Assembly (NCBI GenBank): GCA_031277155.1
Contig: JAITMW010000139.1
Location: 1 to 38,354 of the forward strand
Origin: Clostridiales bacterium
GTDB lineage: Bacteria > Bacillota > Clostridia > Lachnospirales > WRAX01
Direction: 5' to 3'
Length of the DNA: 38,354 bases
In this document: positions 8,400-17,852 of the stretch, piece after piece
Position numbering within the stretch: position 1 is the first letter of the stretch
Layout of the letters: every line of letters starts with the position of its first letter
Translations under genes and position numbers: made by a program
The notes under the pieces: generated by a model
Databases searched by the model: none
The model's input: the letters and a program-made list of their open reading frames with translations, nothing else
Told to the model about the DNA's origin: nothing

Positions 8400-9713
8400 A
8401 TGACTTTTGAACAGGCCAAGCAATATCTGCTGGACAGCTATGGCGGCGGCAAAAAGAAGGGCCTTGGGGCCATATCCCGGGCGCTGGAAATGCTGGGGAA
8501 TCCCCAGGACAGCCTGAAAATCATCCATGTGGCCGGCACAAACGGCAAGGGCAGCTTTTGCGCCATGATGGCGGCCATACTTGAGGAAGCGGGGCTGCGG
8601 GCGGGCTGCTTCATATCGCCCCATCTGGAGATTATTAACGAGCGCTTCACGATAAACGGCAAGATGATTAGCGATGCCGACTTTGCCGCGTGTATTGGCA
8701 AAGTGGACGCCGCCACCCGTGCCATATATGGCGGCGATGATACTTTCAGCTATTTTGAAATCCTAACGCTGGCGGCCTTTGTGTATTTTCGCGAAAAAAA
8801 TGTGGATATACTTTTGCTGGAAGTTGGCATCGGCGGCCGCCTGGATGCAACAAATGTGATAAAATCGCCATTGCTTTGCGTCATCATGGCCATAGGCATG
8901 GACCATATGGAAATTTTGGGCGACACCATACAGCAAATCGCGGCGGAAAAAGCGGGCATAATAAAAGAAAATTGCCCTGTGGTATTGTACCCCAATGTAG
9001 ACTTGGTGTATAATATAATTGCGGGGATTGCCATGGCAAAAAATGCCAGGATATATGACGCAGGGCAAATTTCTCCGGAAATTATTTCAAAATCTTCAAA
9101 AATGACTAAATTTGCCGTGCGGCATGAATATTTTGACAAAATCTCCATAGAACTATGTCTTGCGGGGCATCATCAAACACAAAACGCGTGTGTTGCCATT
9201 GCCGCCGCCGCCGCCTTAAATGACGCGGGCTATGAAATCAGCGGCGCGCACATACAGCAGGGGCTGGCCAATGTGAAGTGGCATGGCCGCATGGAAATTG
9301 TCGGCGAAAATCCCACAATTGTCTTGGAGGGCGCGCATAATCTGCAAGGCGCCGCCGCCGCCGCAAACAGCATGGAGGCATTGTTTGGCGGCAGGGAAAT
9401 TACGCTGGTGGCGGGCATTTTGGCTGACAAAGAATATGATGATATCGTGCGCGCGTTGGTTGCGCCCGCCAAAAAAGTGGTTTTCACAAAGCCCGATTAT
9501 GATTTTAGGGCGGCGCAGCCCGAAGACCTTGCAAAGTCCCTTGGGGCAAGCGACAAGGAAATATATATCGAAGAAGATTGCCGAAGGGCTTTGCGAAAAG
9601 CCATTGAGATTACGGCGGCAGAGGGTGTTATTTTTTGCACGGGCTCGCTGTATTTAATGGGCGACCTGCGCACTCATATAAGCCATATAAAAGGAAGGAA
9701 AGACCATGATTAA
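8400..9713 (+). CDS. folC: Folylpolyglutamate synthase / dihydrofolate synthase
   Basis: Mur-ligase-type P-loop VAGTNGKGS and overall FolC-like sequence. I chose ATG 8400 (M43 of ORF 8274..9713; GGAGGA at 8383-8388) because the first 42 codons are a translation of the repeat array. Confidence 0.85.
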   Translation: MTFEQAKQYLLDSYGGGKKKGLGAISRALEMLGNPQDSLKIIHVAGTNGKGSFCAMMAAILEEAGLRAGCFISPHLEIINERFTINGKMISDADFAACIGKVDAATRAIYGGDDTFSYFEILTLAAFVYFREKNVDILLLEVGIGGRLDATNVIKSPLLCVIMAIGMDHMEILGDTIQQIAAEKAGIIKENCPVVLYPNVDLVYNIIAGIAMAKNARIYDAGQISPEIISKSSKMTKFAVRHEYFDKISIELCLAGHHQTQNACVAIAAAAALNDAGYEISGAHIQQGLANVKWHGRMEIVGENPTIVLEGAHNLQGAAAAANSMEALFGGREITLVAGILADKEYDDIVRALVAPAKKVVFTKPDYDFRAAQPEDLAKSLGASDKEIYIEEDCRRALRKAIEITAAEGVIFCTGSLYLMGDLRTHISHIKGRKDHD

Positions 9714-9861
9714 TTTTGACGAAGAATTGAAAAAATACAAGCCCGTGCTGGAAGTTGACGACTTGCAAGAGGGCGTTGGTGTCAATGATGTGAAGGATAT
9801 TCTGGAAATGCTGCAATATCTGTCCGCAAAAATTGTGGCGCCTGAAAGAGAAAGGGACTGA
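9706..9861 (+). CDS. Hypothetical 51-aa acidic protein (MINFDEELKKYKPVLEVDDLQEGVGVNDVKDILEMLQYLSAKIVAPERERD), not in the ORF track
   Basis: ATG 9706 has AAGGAAGG just upstream and overlaps the folC 3' end by 8 nt. Its TGA (9859-9861) overlaps the ATG of the next gene by 1 nt, so it is coupled at both ends. Confidence 0.45.
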   Translation: MINFDEELKKYKPVLEVDDLQEGVGVNDVKDILEMLQYLSAKIVAPERERD

Positions 9862-11321
9862 TGCATATGCGCGCAATACATATGGATTGCCCAAGATGCG
9901 GCGGCCGCTCGGCCAAAAGCCACAATCTTGAGGCTGTGTGCGAATATTGCGGCATAAATATGCCCCTTTACGCAAAGGCAAAGGTCTTGTCCAACGCCCA
10001 TTATGACAGAGGGTTGAAGCTGGCCAAAGCATACAATTTGACAGCAGCCATTGAAGAGCTTAGCGCCGCTTTGCAAATCAACAAAAAAAACATACAAGCG
10101 CGCAACCTTTTGGGCCTTGTGTTTTATGCAATGGGGCGCATTGGCGAGGCGCTGCGCGAATGGGTTATCAGCGCGAATTATGGCGCGGATGAAAATCTCG
10201 CCAAAGAATATTTAATAGTTTTTCAAAATGACATGGCGCTTTTGGAAAAATATTCTGACGCCCTTCATAATTACAACGAAGCCCTGCAATTTATGGGGGA
10301 TTATAGCGAAGATTTGGCTGCCATACGCCTAAAGCGCGCCATTGAAATTAACCCCGATTTTGTGGATGCCCTTAATATGCTTGCGCTGGTTTGCCTTAAA
10401 ACCGGAGACAGGCATAGGGCCGGGGCTTTGGCAGAGCATGTTTTATCTATAGACGCGGGCAATCCTTTTGCCAAACGATATTATCGCGAGATTTTTTTAA
10501 AAAAGGCGCCCTCCGGAAGGAAGCTGAAGGCGCATATGGACGAGGCGTCTTTAAATTACGAAAAAGCACAGGACAAGGCCGCGCTGCAAAAAGGCGACAG
10601 GCAAAATCCTTTTTATGCGCAAAGCCAGAGGCCGGTGGCCAAAACATCGCCAATTTCAGGGCTGTTGTTATTTGCCGCGGGCCTTGGGGCCATGTTTTTG
10701 TTTATGTATATTTTGGTGCTGCCGTCCTTTTTGGAGGACAGCCTGGCCGAATCTGCCGCCCTTTCGGCTGAAATAGACACGCGGCAGGCCGCACATGCCA
10801 CGCAAATATCAGAGCTTGAAGAGGCCATCGCGGGCCTGGAGGCAGAATTGGGCCAATATATGCAGACGGCGGCACTGCAAGATGAACAAAACCGCAATTT
10901 GCAAAACGAGGTCTGGGTAAACAACGCATATTCCTATCTTTCGCGGGAATTGCCCCACGCCGCCCTTAATGCGCTGGAAAATGTGGAAGTGGGGCGGCTT
11001 TCCGCGGATGCGCTGTCAACATACCACCATGTGGTGCAGACGGCCACGCCCATTGTAGAGCAAAGCTATCATCAGCTGGGGCAGATACAGTTTAACAACG
11101 GCGAATATGCACAAGCCCGGGAGAGCTTGGAGAGCGCCGCAAGGCTTATCACCGAAGAATCTGTTGTGGCGCATTATGTTTTATATCTTTTGGGGCGCAT
11201 CGCCGAAGTGCAGGAAGATTACAGCCTGGCGCGGTCATATTACGAAAGGATTATCAACGACTTTCCCGGAACAAACCGCGTAAATGCCGCGAACATACGC
11301 CTAAACCAGCTGCCGGCATAA
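9861..11321 (+). CDS. Zn-ribbon / TPR-repeat membrane protein, hypothetical
   Basis: N-terminal CPRCGG-x13-CEYCG zinc ribbon, TPR-like helices, one TM segment (GLLLFAAGLGAMFLFMYILVLPSFL), a coiled coil, and C-terminal TPR-like repeats. Confidence 0.7.
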   Translation: MHMRAIHMDCPRCGGRSAKSHNLEAVCEYCGINMPLYAKAKVLSNAHYDRGLKLAKAYNLTAAIEELSAALQINKKNIQARNLLGLVFYAMGRIGEALREWVISANYGADENLAKEYLIVFQNDMALLEKYSDALHNYNEALQFMGDYSEDLAAIRLKRAIEINPDFVDALNMLALVCLKTGDRHRAGALAEHVLSIDAGNPFAKRYYREIFLKKAPSGRKLKAHMDEASLNYEKAQDKAALQKGDRQNPFYAQSQRPVAKTSPISGLLLFAAGLGAMFLFMYILVLPSFLEDSLAESAALSAEIDTRQAAHATQISELEEAIAGLEAELGQYMQTAALQDEQNRNLQNEVWVNNAYSYLSRELPHAALNALENVEVGRLSADALSTYHHVVQTATPIVEQSYHQLGQIQFNNGEYAQARESLESAARLITEESVVAHYVLYLLGRIAEVQEDYSLARSYYERIINDFPGTNRVNAANIRLNQLPA

Positions 11322-11415
11322 CCATCATAAATTATTTTGAAATATTTGCAGACTATTAAGGCAACCCCTGCGTATACTGTATTACAAATGTGAGAATTAT
11401 CAGGAGGGAAAAGCT

Positions 11416-11763
11416 ATGAACAAATCTGTTTTTGGATTAAACGAAAATATGGCGGCGGCCTTGGCCTATCTGGGCATCTTTGTCACCGGCATAGTGATAT
11501 TGGTGCTGGAAAGAGAGAATAAATTCGTGCGCTTTGCCGCGCTGCAATCGGTGGCTCTCTTTTTGCCCATCATCCTTATCACCGGGGTGCTTAATTGGTT
11601 TGGGTGGATACCCATTTTAGGCTGGATTATCGGCATTGTCACCTTTTTCATCGGCGTCCTTACTTTCCTTGCCTGGCTGTATCTGATGCTGTCGGCATAC
11701 AAGGGCCAAGCCGTGAAGGTGCCCATTGTGGGCGATATCTGCTGGGAGCAGGTGCATAAATAA
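11416..11763 (+). CDS. Small integral membrane protein, DUF4870-like
   Basis: 115 aa with about three TM helices. The N-terminus NENMAAALAYLGIFVTGIVILVLERENKFVRFAALQS resembles the DUF4870 family from memory. SD is AGGAGGG. Confidence 0.6.
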   Translation: MNKSVFGLNENMAAALAYLGIFVTGIVILVLERENKFVRFAALQSVALFLPIILITGVLNWFGWIPILGWIIGIVTFFIGVLTFLAWLYLMLSAYKGQAVKVPIVGDICWEQVHK

Positions 11764-11790
11764 AAATTGAAAACCAATTTTGCGAAAAGG

Positions 11791-11820
11791 CGGGGGCGCC
11801 ACACCCCCGTCCTATTTTTT
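11791..11820 (+). terminator. Intrinsic terminator, probably bidirectional, between the DUF4870-like gene and mrpD
   Basis: Stem CGGGGG (11791-11796) with CCCCCG (11804-11809), a 7-nt loop, and a T-run at 11814-11820. An A-run upstream supplies a U-tract on the minus strand. Confidence 0.6.
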
Positions 11821-13407
11821 CTAAAATAGCCCCACAAATATCACCATCAGCCCAAAGAAGGCGGCCATGGAGGCGCACACACTTCTAAAGCCCAAATTAA
11901 GCCCGCCAATGCGCTTTAAGGTGGCGTTGCCATAGACAATATACTTGTAGATTAAAAGCCCCGCCCCCATGCTGGCGAAGAATATCAGGGCTTTTTCGAT
12001 ATAGCCCCAAGTGTCGATGACGGCATCCGCCGCAAACAGGAAATTGACAAGAAAGCCGCCAAAGATGCCGCCGACAAGGCAAAAGGCCCCAAGGGCAGCC
12101 GACGGCACAACGCGCCAGATGTCGGGCTTTACGGCGATGCCTTCTATGCCCGGGTCCTTGCCAAAAAGCACGCCGGCATATTTTATAAAGGAGATTATGG
12201 TGCCAAGGCTGATTATCACCACAGTGGCGTTAAGCCAAAAGGGCACGGTGGCTGCGATAAAATATTTGGAAATGCTGCCGATAAAAAGCGGCGCGCCTGT
12301 AATGCCCAGCACGGCAAACAGCGTGACAAGGCCAACCACGGGCATTCGCCGCAGCACGCCGCGGATTTTATACACATCCCGCGTGCCATAGGAATGGACG
12401 ATGATGCCCGCTGACAAAAACAGCGCGGATTTAAAGGTGGCGTGACTAATTATATGATACAGCCCGCCCAGCATGGAATATTCGTTGCCCGCGGAAAGGC
12501 CGATGATGATAAGGCCCACCTGGCTCATGGTGTGGTATGCCAAAATCATCTTGATATCCGTCTGGCAGATGGCCATGATAACGCCCGTCAGGCTGGCCGC
12601 AATGCCCACGGCCAAAAAGAGGCTGTGGGACGAAAAGCCGCCAAACATCTCCTGCATACGGATGAACATATACACCATGGTTTTAATTTGCACGCCCGAA
12701 AGGATAGCCGCCACGGCCGAGGGCGCTTTGGGATACAGCTTTACCTTGGGCAAAAAGCTGAAGATGGGTATGATGGAGCATTTAAAAGCGATGCCCGTCA
12801 TAATTAGGGCATAGGGTATCACCAAATCGCCGGGATATGCATATGCCAGCAGCTCTCCCGCACGCAATATGTCAAATACGCCCGTCAGCATGTAAATATA
12901 GCCGATGCCGAAAAGATACAGCAGCATGGCGACGATGTTAAGCATAAGAAAAATCAGGCCGGGCAGCATGTTGCGCCTTTTCTTGTCGTACATTAACAGG
13001 ATGGTGACGATGACGGTGGCCACCTCTACCAGCACGAATATGTTAAACAGGTCCCGGGTGAGGAAAAGGCCAACCAGCGCCGACTGTAAAATGAAAAGCA
13101 AAAACCAGAAGGTGCGGCTGTCGCTTTGGTTGAAGCTATAAACGGCCACGGCCAAAAATATAATGCCGCAAAGCACCATAAAGACGGCGGATGTGGTGTA
13201 TGCCCGCAGAAGTATGCCCATAAAGCCGTCATAGTCGCCAATGACCACGACAATTTCGCCGCTGCGCGTCTCCCAAAGCAAATATAGGGATAAAATGACA
13301 AAGACGGACTGAAAAAGTATGGCCAGCACCCGCGCCGCTTTGTTTGTTGCAAAAACAAAGAGGAACACGGCGATAAGCACGGGGATTATTACGAAATAGG
13401 TTAGCAT
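11821..13407 (-). CDS. mrpD: Mrp/Mnh antiporter subunit D (NuoL/M/N-like proton-translocating subunit)
   Basis: 528 aa and polytopic, with the conserved core of the antiporter-like subunit family. It is the last gene of the mrp-type operon. Confidence 0.85.
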   Translation of the reverse strand: MLTYFVIIPVLIAVFLFVFATNKAARVLAILFQSVFVILSLYLLWETRSGEIVVVIGDYDGFMGILLRAYTTSAVFMVLCGIIFLAVAVYSFNQSDSRTFWFLLFILQSALVGLFLTRDLFNIFVLVEVATVIVTILLMYDKKRRNMLPGLIFLMLNIVAMLLYLFGIGYIYMLTGVFDILRAGELLAYAYPGDLVIPYALIMTGIAFKCSIIPIFSFLPKVKLYPKAPSAVAAILSGVQIKTMVYMFIRMQEMFGGFSSHSLFLAVGIAASLTGVIMAICQTDIKMILAYHTMSQVGLIIIGLSAGNEYSMLGGLYHIISHATFKSALFLSAGIIVHSYGTRDVYKIRGVLRRMPVVGLVTLFAVLGITGAPLFIGSISKYFIAATVPFWLNATVVIISLGTIISFIKYAGVLFGKDPGIEGIAVKPDIWRVVPSAALGAFCLVGGIFGGFLVNFLFAADAVIDTWGYIEKALIFFASMGAGLLIYKYIVYGNATLKRIGGLNLGFRSVCASMAAFFGLMVIFVGLF

Positions 13408-13410
13408 TGG

Positions 13411-14611
13411 TTAGGTTTTCTCCTTTGCCAGCTTCATTAATATGTCAACAATAGTTGTATATGCAATTTTTCTGTCAAATTTCTCCTTTGCCAATCTTCT
13501 GTGATTGTTGCCCATTTCTTGCCTTAATTCCTTATCAGAACATAAAATCAACAAATTTTTTGCAAAGTCATTTGGGTCGCCGCTTATGCAGTTTAGGCCA
13601 ATATTATAATCTGCGACCAATTCTCTATACTCCTGTGTGGCTTGTGTGTTAAGCACGGGCAAACCCGCTGCCGCATAGTCCCCATGCTTGTTTATTATGC
13701 TTTGCATAGCCTTTGGGACTATGGGATTGACGGCAATATGACAGCCTGTGAGGGTTTTCACCATTTCAGAGTATTTCAAGCTGCCTGTAAAAACCGCGTT
13801 TATGTCTTTTTTTAATGCATAGCCTTCAAATTCAGGTTTTAGCGGACCGTCCCCCATGACTATAAACTTTATTTTTGCTTTATCTTTGAGAAGGGATATT
13901 CCGTCTATACACAATTTTATGTCGTAGCTATGGCCCAAAGTGCCAATATATGCAAGTGTCACCTCGTCGTCTTTAGCTTGAATTTGGCCCTTATTGGCGA
14001 AGCTGTCAAATATGTCTAAATCAACTCCGATAAAAACGCTGTGCGCTTCTTTGCACTTATTGTTTACAGACAAGGCACGCTGTGCGTAAGTTTGAGAGAC
14101 AGCGAGAATCTGCCCCCCCCCCCTCGTAAATATAGTTTGCTTTTTTATACATGGGCGCATAAATTATTTTGCCAATAATTGGGGGATTAAAAGCCATTTC
14201 AAAAACTTCGGGCCAAATATCCTGCACATCAATCACAAATTCAATATTATTGCTCTTGGCATATTTTGCGGCCGCGTAAGAGCAGTCTAAACTTGGCACA
14301 GCGCAATATATAATATCGGGTTTTTTGCGCTTTGAAAGATATTTTTCCAGATTTTTACCAAAAACGCGATGGCTGTAAATCCGCTTGAGGGAGATATTCT
14401 TTGTGTAGGGTGGTTCGTGAACAAAGGTTAATTTATAGTCCCTCTCTATGGTTTCATTGCGCACCCTTTTTCTTTCGTGACAAAATTTTGATGTAACAAG
14501 CTCTACATCAAAGCCGCTTTTATGCAACAACTGCGCCAAATAATCAAACCTATTGCGGCCATTGTCAAAAAGGCTGCCGCAAAAATGAGCAATTATCAAC
14601 ACTTCTTTCAT
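13411..14611 (-). pseudogene. GT-B (GT4/WbuB-like) glycosyltransferase, frameshifted at a G11 tract; about 399 aa if restored
   Basis: ORFs 14611-14057 and 14160-13411 are the N- and C-halves. Removing one G from the tract joins ...ANYIYEGGG to QILAVSQTYAQRAL... exactly. The region is AT-rich: 18/60 GC at 13441-13500 against 33/60 at 13321-13380. Confidence 0.8.
14113..14123 (-). repeat. Homopolymer: 11 C on the plus strand, G11 on the coding strand, at the glycosyltransferase frameshift point
   Basis: Counted directly in tgCCCCCCCCCCCtcg. Confidence 0.95.
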
Positions 14612-14643
14612 AAAATTTACCCCCTTATCTTTTGACGTCAGGT

Positions 14644-15039
14644 TTAACTATACGGATTTTCCGCCTCTTCTTGGGCCGAAAGCTTATGCATCAATTCCCA
14701 ATCGGCGGTGTTGTATCTTCTAAACAGATAGTTTAGCATGGTGATTTTTATGGCTGTGACAGAAATGCCGATGATTATGGCCGTCAGCATCAGGGCTTGG
14801 GGCGTTGGGTCCGCTATGGCCGCCATGTCGTAAAGGAGGGCGGGGTCGTATATAATAGGCGGTATGGTGCCTGTGCGGCCGCTTAAAAACAGCCAAAACA
14901 TGATTACAGCCGTCTGCATTACCAGCGTAAAGACGATGGTTTTTATGGCGTTTTTGGCCGTGATTAAGCCAAAAAGGGCTATGAAGAACATAATTACGGC
15001 AAAAATGTCAAATATTTCAAGATTAAATATTGGAATCAC
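14644..15039 (-). CDS. mrpC: Mrp/Mnh antiporter subunit C (NuoK-like)
   Basis: 131 aa with three TM helices and an MnhC-like sequence. GTG start 15039 overlaps the mrpB 3' end; the start position is uncertain. Confidence 0.8.
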   Translation of the reverse strand: MIPIFNLEIFDIFAVIMFFIALFGLITAKNAIKTIVFTLVMQTAVIMFWLFLSGRTGTIPPIIYDPALLYDMAAIADPTPQALMLTAIIIGISVTAIKITMLNYLFRRYNTADWELMHKLSAQEEAENPYS

Positions 15040-16045
15040 CCCCTAAATCTTGATGCCTTTGCGAAATTTCTACGGGAGAATCCTCTCTGCGCTCTATGGC
15101 TACATAGCGATAGAAGATGATGAAGAAGCCGCAGGCCACCTTTAAGCCTATCAGAACATTCATGATTATCAGATAGGCATCGTGGAAGGCGTCTGTGAAA
15201 TAATCGAAGGTATAGGCCAAAAACGCTTTGGAGCCAACAAACACGGCAAACACAGCGATGACGACAATGAACACAAAAACATATTCTTCCAGCTTTATGA
15301 CCTTTTTCACCGAAATGTCATAAATATCATATATCATATATCGGCATATGAAGAAGGTGGCGATGGCGACGCCGCCCTGAAAGCCCCCGCCGGCGGAGAT
15401 ATGGCCGTTTAATATTAAATATGTGCCAAAAAGCAGGATGATGGGGGAGATGATACGCATGGTAAACACTGCCATGGAAGAATTTTCAATTTCGCTGTGG
15501 CGGCCGTCGTCCACAGCCATCCTGTCCAGCCAGGACATATGCGCCACGGCCACAACGGCCACAACAAGTATCAATGCCTCAAACAGCGTGTCATACACGC
15601 GATATCCCAACAATATGGCGGCTACGGCATTTTCGCCGCCCACATCCACAGAAAAATATGTAAGATACAATTCTTTTAAATATGTGCTGGCATCTCCCGT
15701 GGGCATAAAATTGACGAACAAGGCAAACAATCCCGCGCAAAAAGCCAGGGGCAGCACAATTTTTGTAAACCAGCGCCCATTGCGGGGTGAAACCGGCGCA
15801 ATTTCGGCCCTGTGGCCCTTGCGGCCATAATATCTTTCGATGCAGATGATGAAAAAGATGGTGGCAAAGACGGCGATGGCGGCCTCTGCCATGGCCACAT
15901 CAGGCGAGCCCAGCATCAAAAAGCACACCGACGTTATCAGGGAGAAAATCCCGAAATAAATTATGTTTCGATATACCCTGCTTTCAAAGATGATGACCAG
16001 CGCTGCGATTATCCATATAATTAATATTACTTCCATAATTTGCAT
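15023..16045 (-). CDS. mrpB: Mrp subunit B with an N-terminal DUF4040 (MrpA C-terminal-like) domain
   Basis: 340 aa. The N-terminal part is DUF4040-like, followed by MnhB motifs (GGENAVAAILLGYRVYDTLFE; GGGFQGGV). SD AGGGGTG lies upstream of ATG 16045. Confidence 0.8.
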   Translation of the reverse strand: MQIMEVILIIWIIAALVIIFESRVYRNIIYFGIFSLITSVCFLMLGSPDVAMAEAAIAVFATIFFIICIERYYGRKGHRAEIAPVSPRNGRWFTKIVLPLAFCAGLFALFVNFMPTGDASTYLKELYLTYFSVDVGGENAVAAILLGYRVYDTLFEALILVVAVVAVAHMSWLDRMAVDDGRHSEIENSSMAVFTMRIISPIILLFGTYLILNGHISAGGGFQGGVAIATFFICRYMIYDIYDISVKKVIKLEEYVFVFIVVIAVFAVFVGSKAFLAYTFDYFTDAFHDAYLIIMNVLIGLKVACGFFIIFYRYVAIERREDSPVEISQRHQDLGGDSNI

Positions 16046-16055
16046 AGAAACACCC

Positions 16056-16601
16056 CTATATCAAGGCTTTATAGTCATTTTTGGTCATAATATATAGCAT
16101 TTCATCGAATGTCTTGTTTAGCAGCTTTGCTTCAACGGTGCCTTTGCCGTAAAAAACAAATCCGCATTTTTCAATCACTCTTTTAGATTGGATATTTTCT
16201 GTAAAATGCGCGCACCACAAAACATCCACGCGCAGCTTCTCGAAGGCGTATTTTATGGCCGCTTGGGCGGCCTCTGCAGCCAGCCCTTGGCCCCAATATT
16301 CCTTGCCGAGAACATAGCCGATTGTTCTTTGCACATCGGCTTTAAAATCCGGGTCCTTTGTCCTGTTATGAAGCCCCAAAGAGCCAATGACCTTTTTGTT
16401 TTCTTTAAGTACAATGGCATATTCGTCGCCTTCGTCAATAAAGCCCTGCAAAATGCCGGCAGACACCTCTTTGTCCGTATGATGGGGCCAGCCCGCCATT
16501 TCGCCCACGCCCGGGACGCCGGCATATTCAAAAAAGTCGTCCAAATCGCTTTGCTTCCAGAGGCGCAATGTCAACCGTTGTGTTTTAAGCGTCTTCATCA
16601 T
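16056..16601 (-). CDS. GNAT family N-acetyltransferase (RimJ/RimL-like), nested in the mrp operon
   Basis: LKTQRLTLRLWKQSDLDDFFEY... is a typical RimJ/L-type N-terminus, and the GNAT core is WGQGLAAEAAQAAIKYAF. I chose Met 16601/16598, which overlaps the mrpG 3' end by about 17 nt. Confidence 0.8.
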   Translation of the reverse strand: MMKTLKTQRLTLRLWKQSDLDDFFEYAGVPGVGEMAGWPHHTDKEVSAGILQGFIDEGDEYAIVLKENKKVIGSLGLHNRTKDPDFKADVQRTIGYVLGKEYWGQGLAAEAAQAAIKYAFEKLRVDVLWCAHFTENIQSKRVIEKCGFVFYGKGTVEAKLLNKTFDEMLYIMTKNDYKALI

Positions 16602-16965
16602 GTTCCTCCTCTTCGGGCGGGCTGATTCTGTCCACCAGCGCCTCTGCGTCACGGGTTAGGGAGCCCTCCAGCTGATATCCCGAAAGATATGCAGAGCGGG
16701 CGACTATATGGGCCACAAGGGGGTTTAATATCAATATAATCACGACAATAAGCAGCACCTTTGCCGAAAAGAAGCTAAAGCCGTGCTGCAAACAAACACC
16801 CAGCAAAAATGTCAACAGCCCCACGGTGTCAATTTTGGAGGCCACAAGTATGCGGGGGTAGAAATCCTTCAGCAAGAAGATGCATACGACGCCAAAGACC
16901 ATGAAGGCGATGCCTATGCCCATTACGACGCTGCCGATGATTGAGATGATTTCCATAATGTTCAT
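16585..16965 (-). CDS. mrpG: Mrp/Mnh antiporter subunit G
   Basis: 126 aa with an MnhG-like TM pattern (IGIAFMVFGVVCIFLLKDFYPRILVASKIDTVG) and an acidic C-terminal tail. Confidence 0.8.
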   Translation of the reverse strand: MNIMEIISIIGSVVMGIGIAFMVFGVVCIFLLKDFYPRILVASKIDTVGLLTFLLGVCLQHGFSFFSAKVLLIVVIILILNPLVAHIVARSAYLSGYQLEGSLTRDAEALVDRISPPEEEEHDEDA

Positions 16966-16967
16966 GA

Positions 16968-17300
16968 TTATTCTCCTTTGGGAGCGGGCGGCAAAGTCTG
17001 CCCCGAGCTTGATTCAGGGGGGCCGCCCTTATGCTTGCCGCGCCTTTTGCCCAGCTTGCGGTCGGACAAAAACAGGGCGATGAAAATTGTGCCCATAAAG
17101 CCCGAAAGGGCGTAAATTATTGCAAAATCCAGCAAAAAGGCGATGCCGCCATAGGTTACGGACGCCAGCACAACTATGATGACGATGATTTTTGTTGAGA
17201 TGAGATTCATGGCCAAAAGCCTATCCCATATGGACGGACCCATCACGGCGCGCACAATATAAAGCACCAAAAGCCCAAGCATAACCCAAAGCGCATACAT
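16968..17300 (-). CDS. mrpF: Mrp/Mnh antiporter subunit F
   Basis: 110 aa with an MnhF-like N-terminus (RAVMGPSIWDRLLAMNLISTK). Confidence 0.8.
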   Translation of the reverse strand: MYALWVMLGLLVLYIVRAVMGPSIWDRLLAMNLISTKIIVIIVVLASVTYGGIAFLLDFAIIYALSGFMGTIFIALFLSDRKLGKRRGKHKGGPPESSSGQTLPPAPKGE

Positions 17301-17303
17301 GGC

Positions 17304-17813
17304 TTATCTCCTTCTTATCCTTATTTCCTCGGGCGGCTTTTCTGCCCGCAGCAGGCCGCGCTCCAGCTTGCCTTTAATCATTTCGCCCGCCGTTTCGCTG
17401 TCTACTTTGTTGCCTTTTTCGCGCATCCACAATATGACGACAGAATCTTCCACAAGGTCCAGCAAAATAGAGCCCGGCGTCAATGTAATGGTGTCGGCCA
17501 GCATCACACGCAAGGTTTCGTTTTGTATTTTTGTGCGCACGGTGACGATGTCCAATTTGTGGCCCTTTAAAATAATTTTTATGACGGTGATGCCCGATGC
17601 GTAGATTTGACCAACCAAAAAGAATGGAAAAGTTATGAGGCGGAAGAAATTGACGCGCTTAATTTCCTCGTATGGAAGAAATTTGCCGGCAAAATGCAGA
17701 CAGATTATGGTGGCAATCATACCTATGGCCATGGACCGCCACGAAACCTCTTCCACCAGCACAATCCAAATTAAGGTAAGCGCGATGTATACAAAAAGAG
17801 TATGTCTGCCCAT
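17304..17813 (-). CDS. mrpE: Mrp/Mnh antiporter subunit E
   Basis: 169 aa with an MnhE-like TM and soluble domain pattern. It is the first gene of the operon. A G7 run lies 11 nt upstream of the ATG. Confidence 0.75.
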   Translation of the reverse strand: MGRHTLFVYIALTLIWIVLVEEVSWRSMAIGMIATIICLHFAGKFLPYEEIKRVNFFRLITFPFFLVGQIYASGITVIKIILKGHKLDIVTVRTKIQNETLRVMLADTITLTPGSILLDLVEDSVVILWMREKGNKVDSETAGEMIKGKLERGLLRAEKPPEEIRIRRR

Positions 17814-17852
17814 ATGCCTGCCGACCCCCCCAAATTTTTGTAATAATATTTG

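Noticed and set aside
16056-16601. GNAT as a TacT/AtaT-type toxin of a toxin-antitoxin pair
   Set aside because: The sequence is RimJ/RimL-like (LKTQRLTLR...), there is no adjacent small antitoxin ORF, and both neighbours are mrp subunits.
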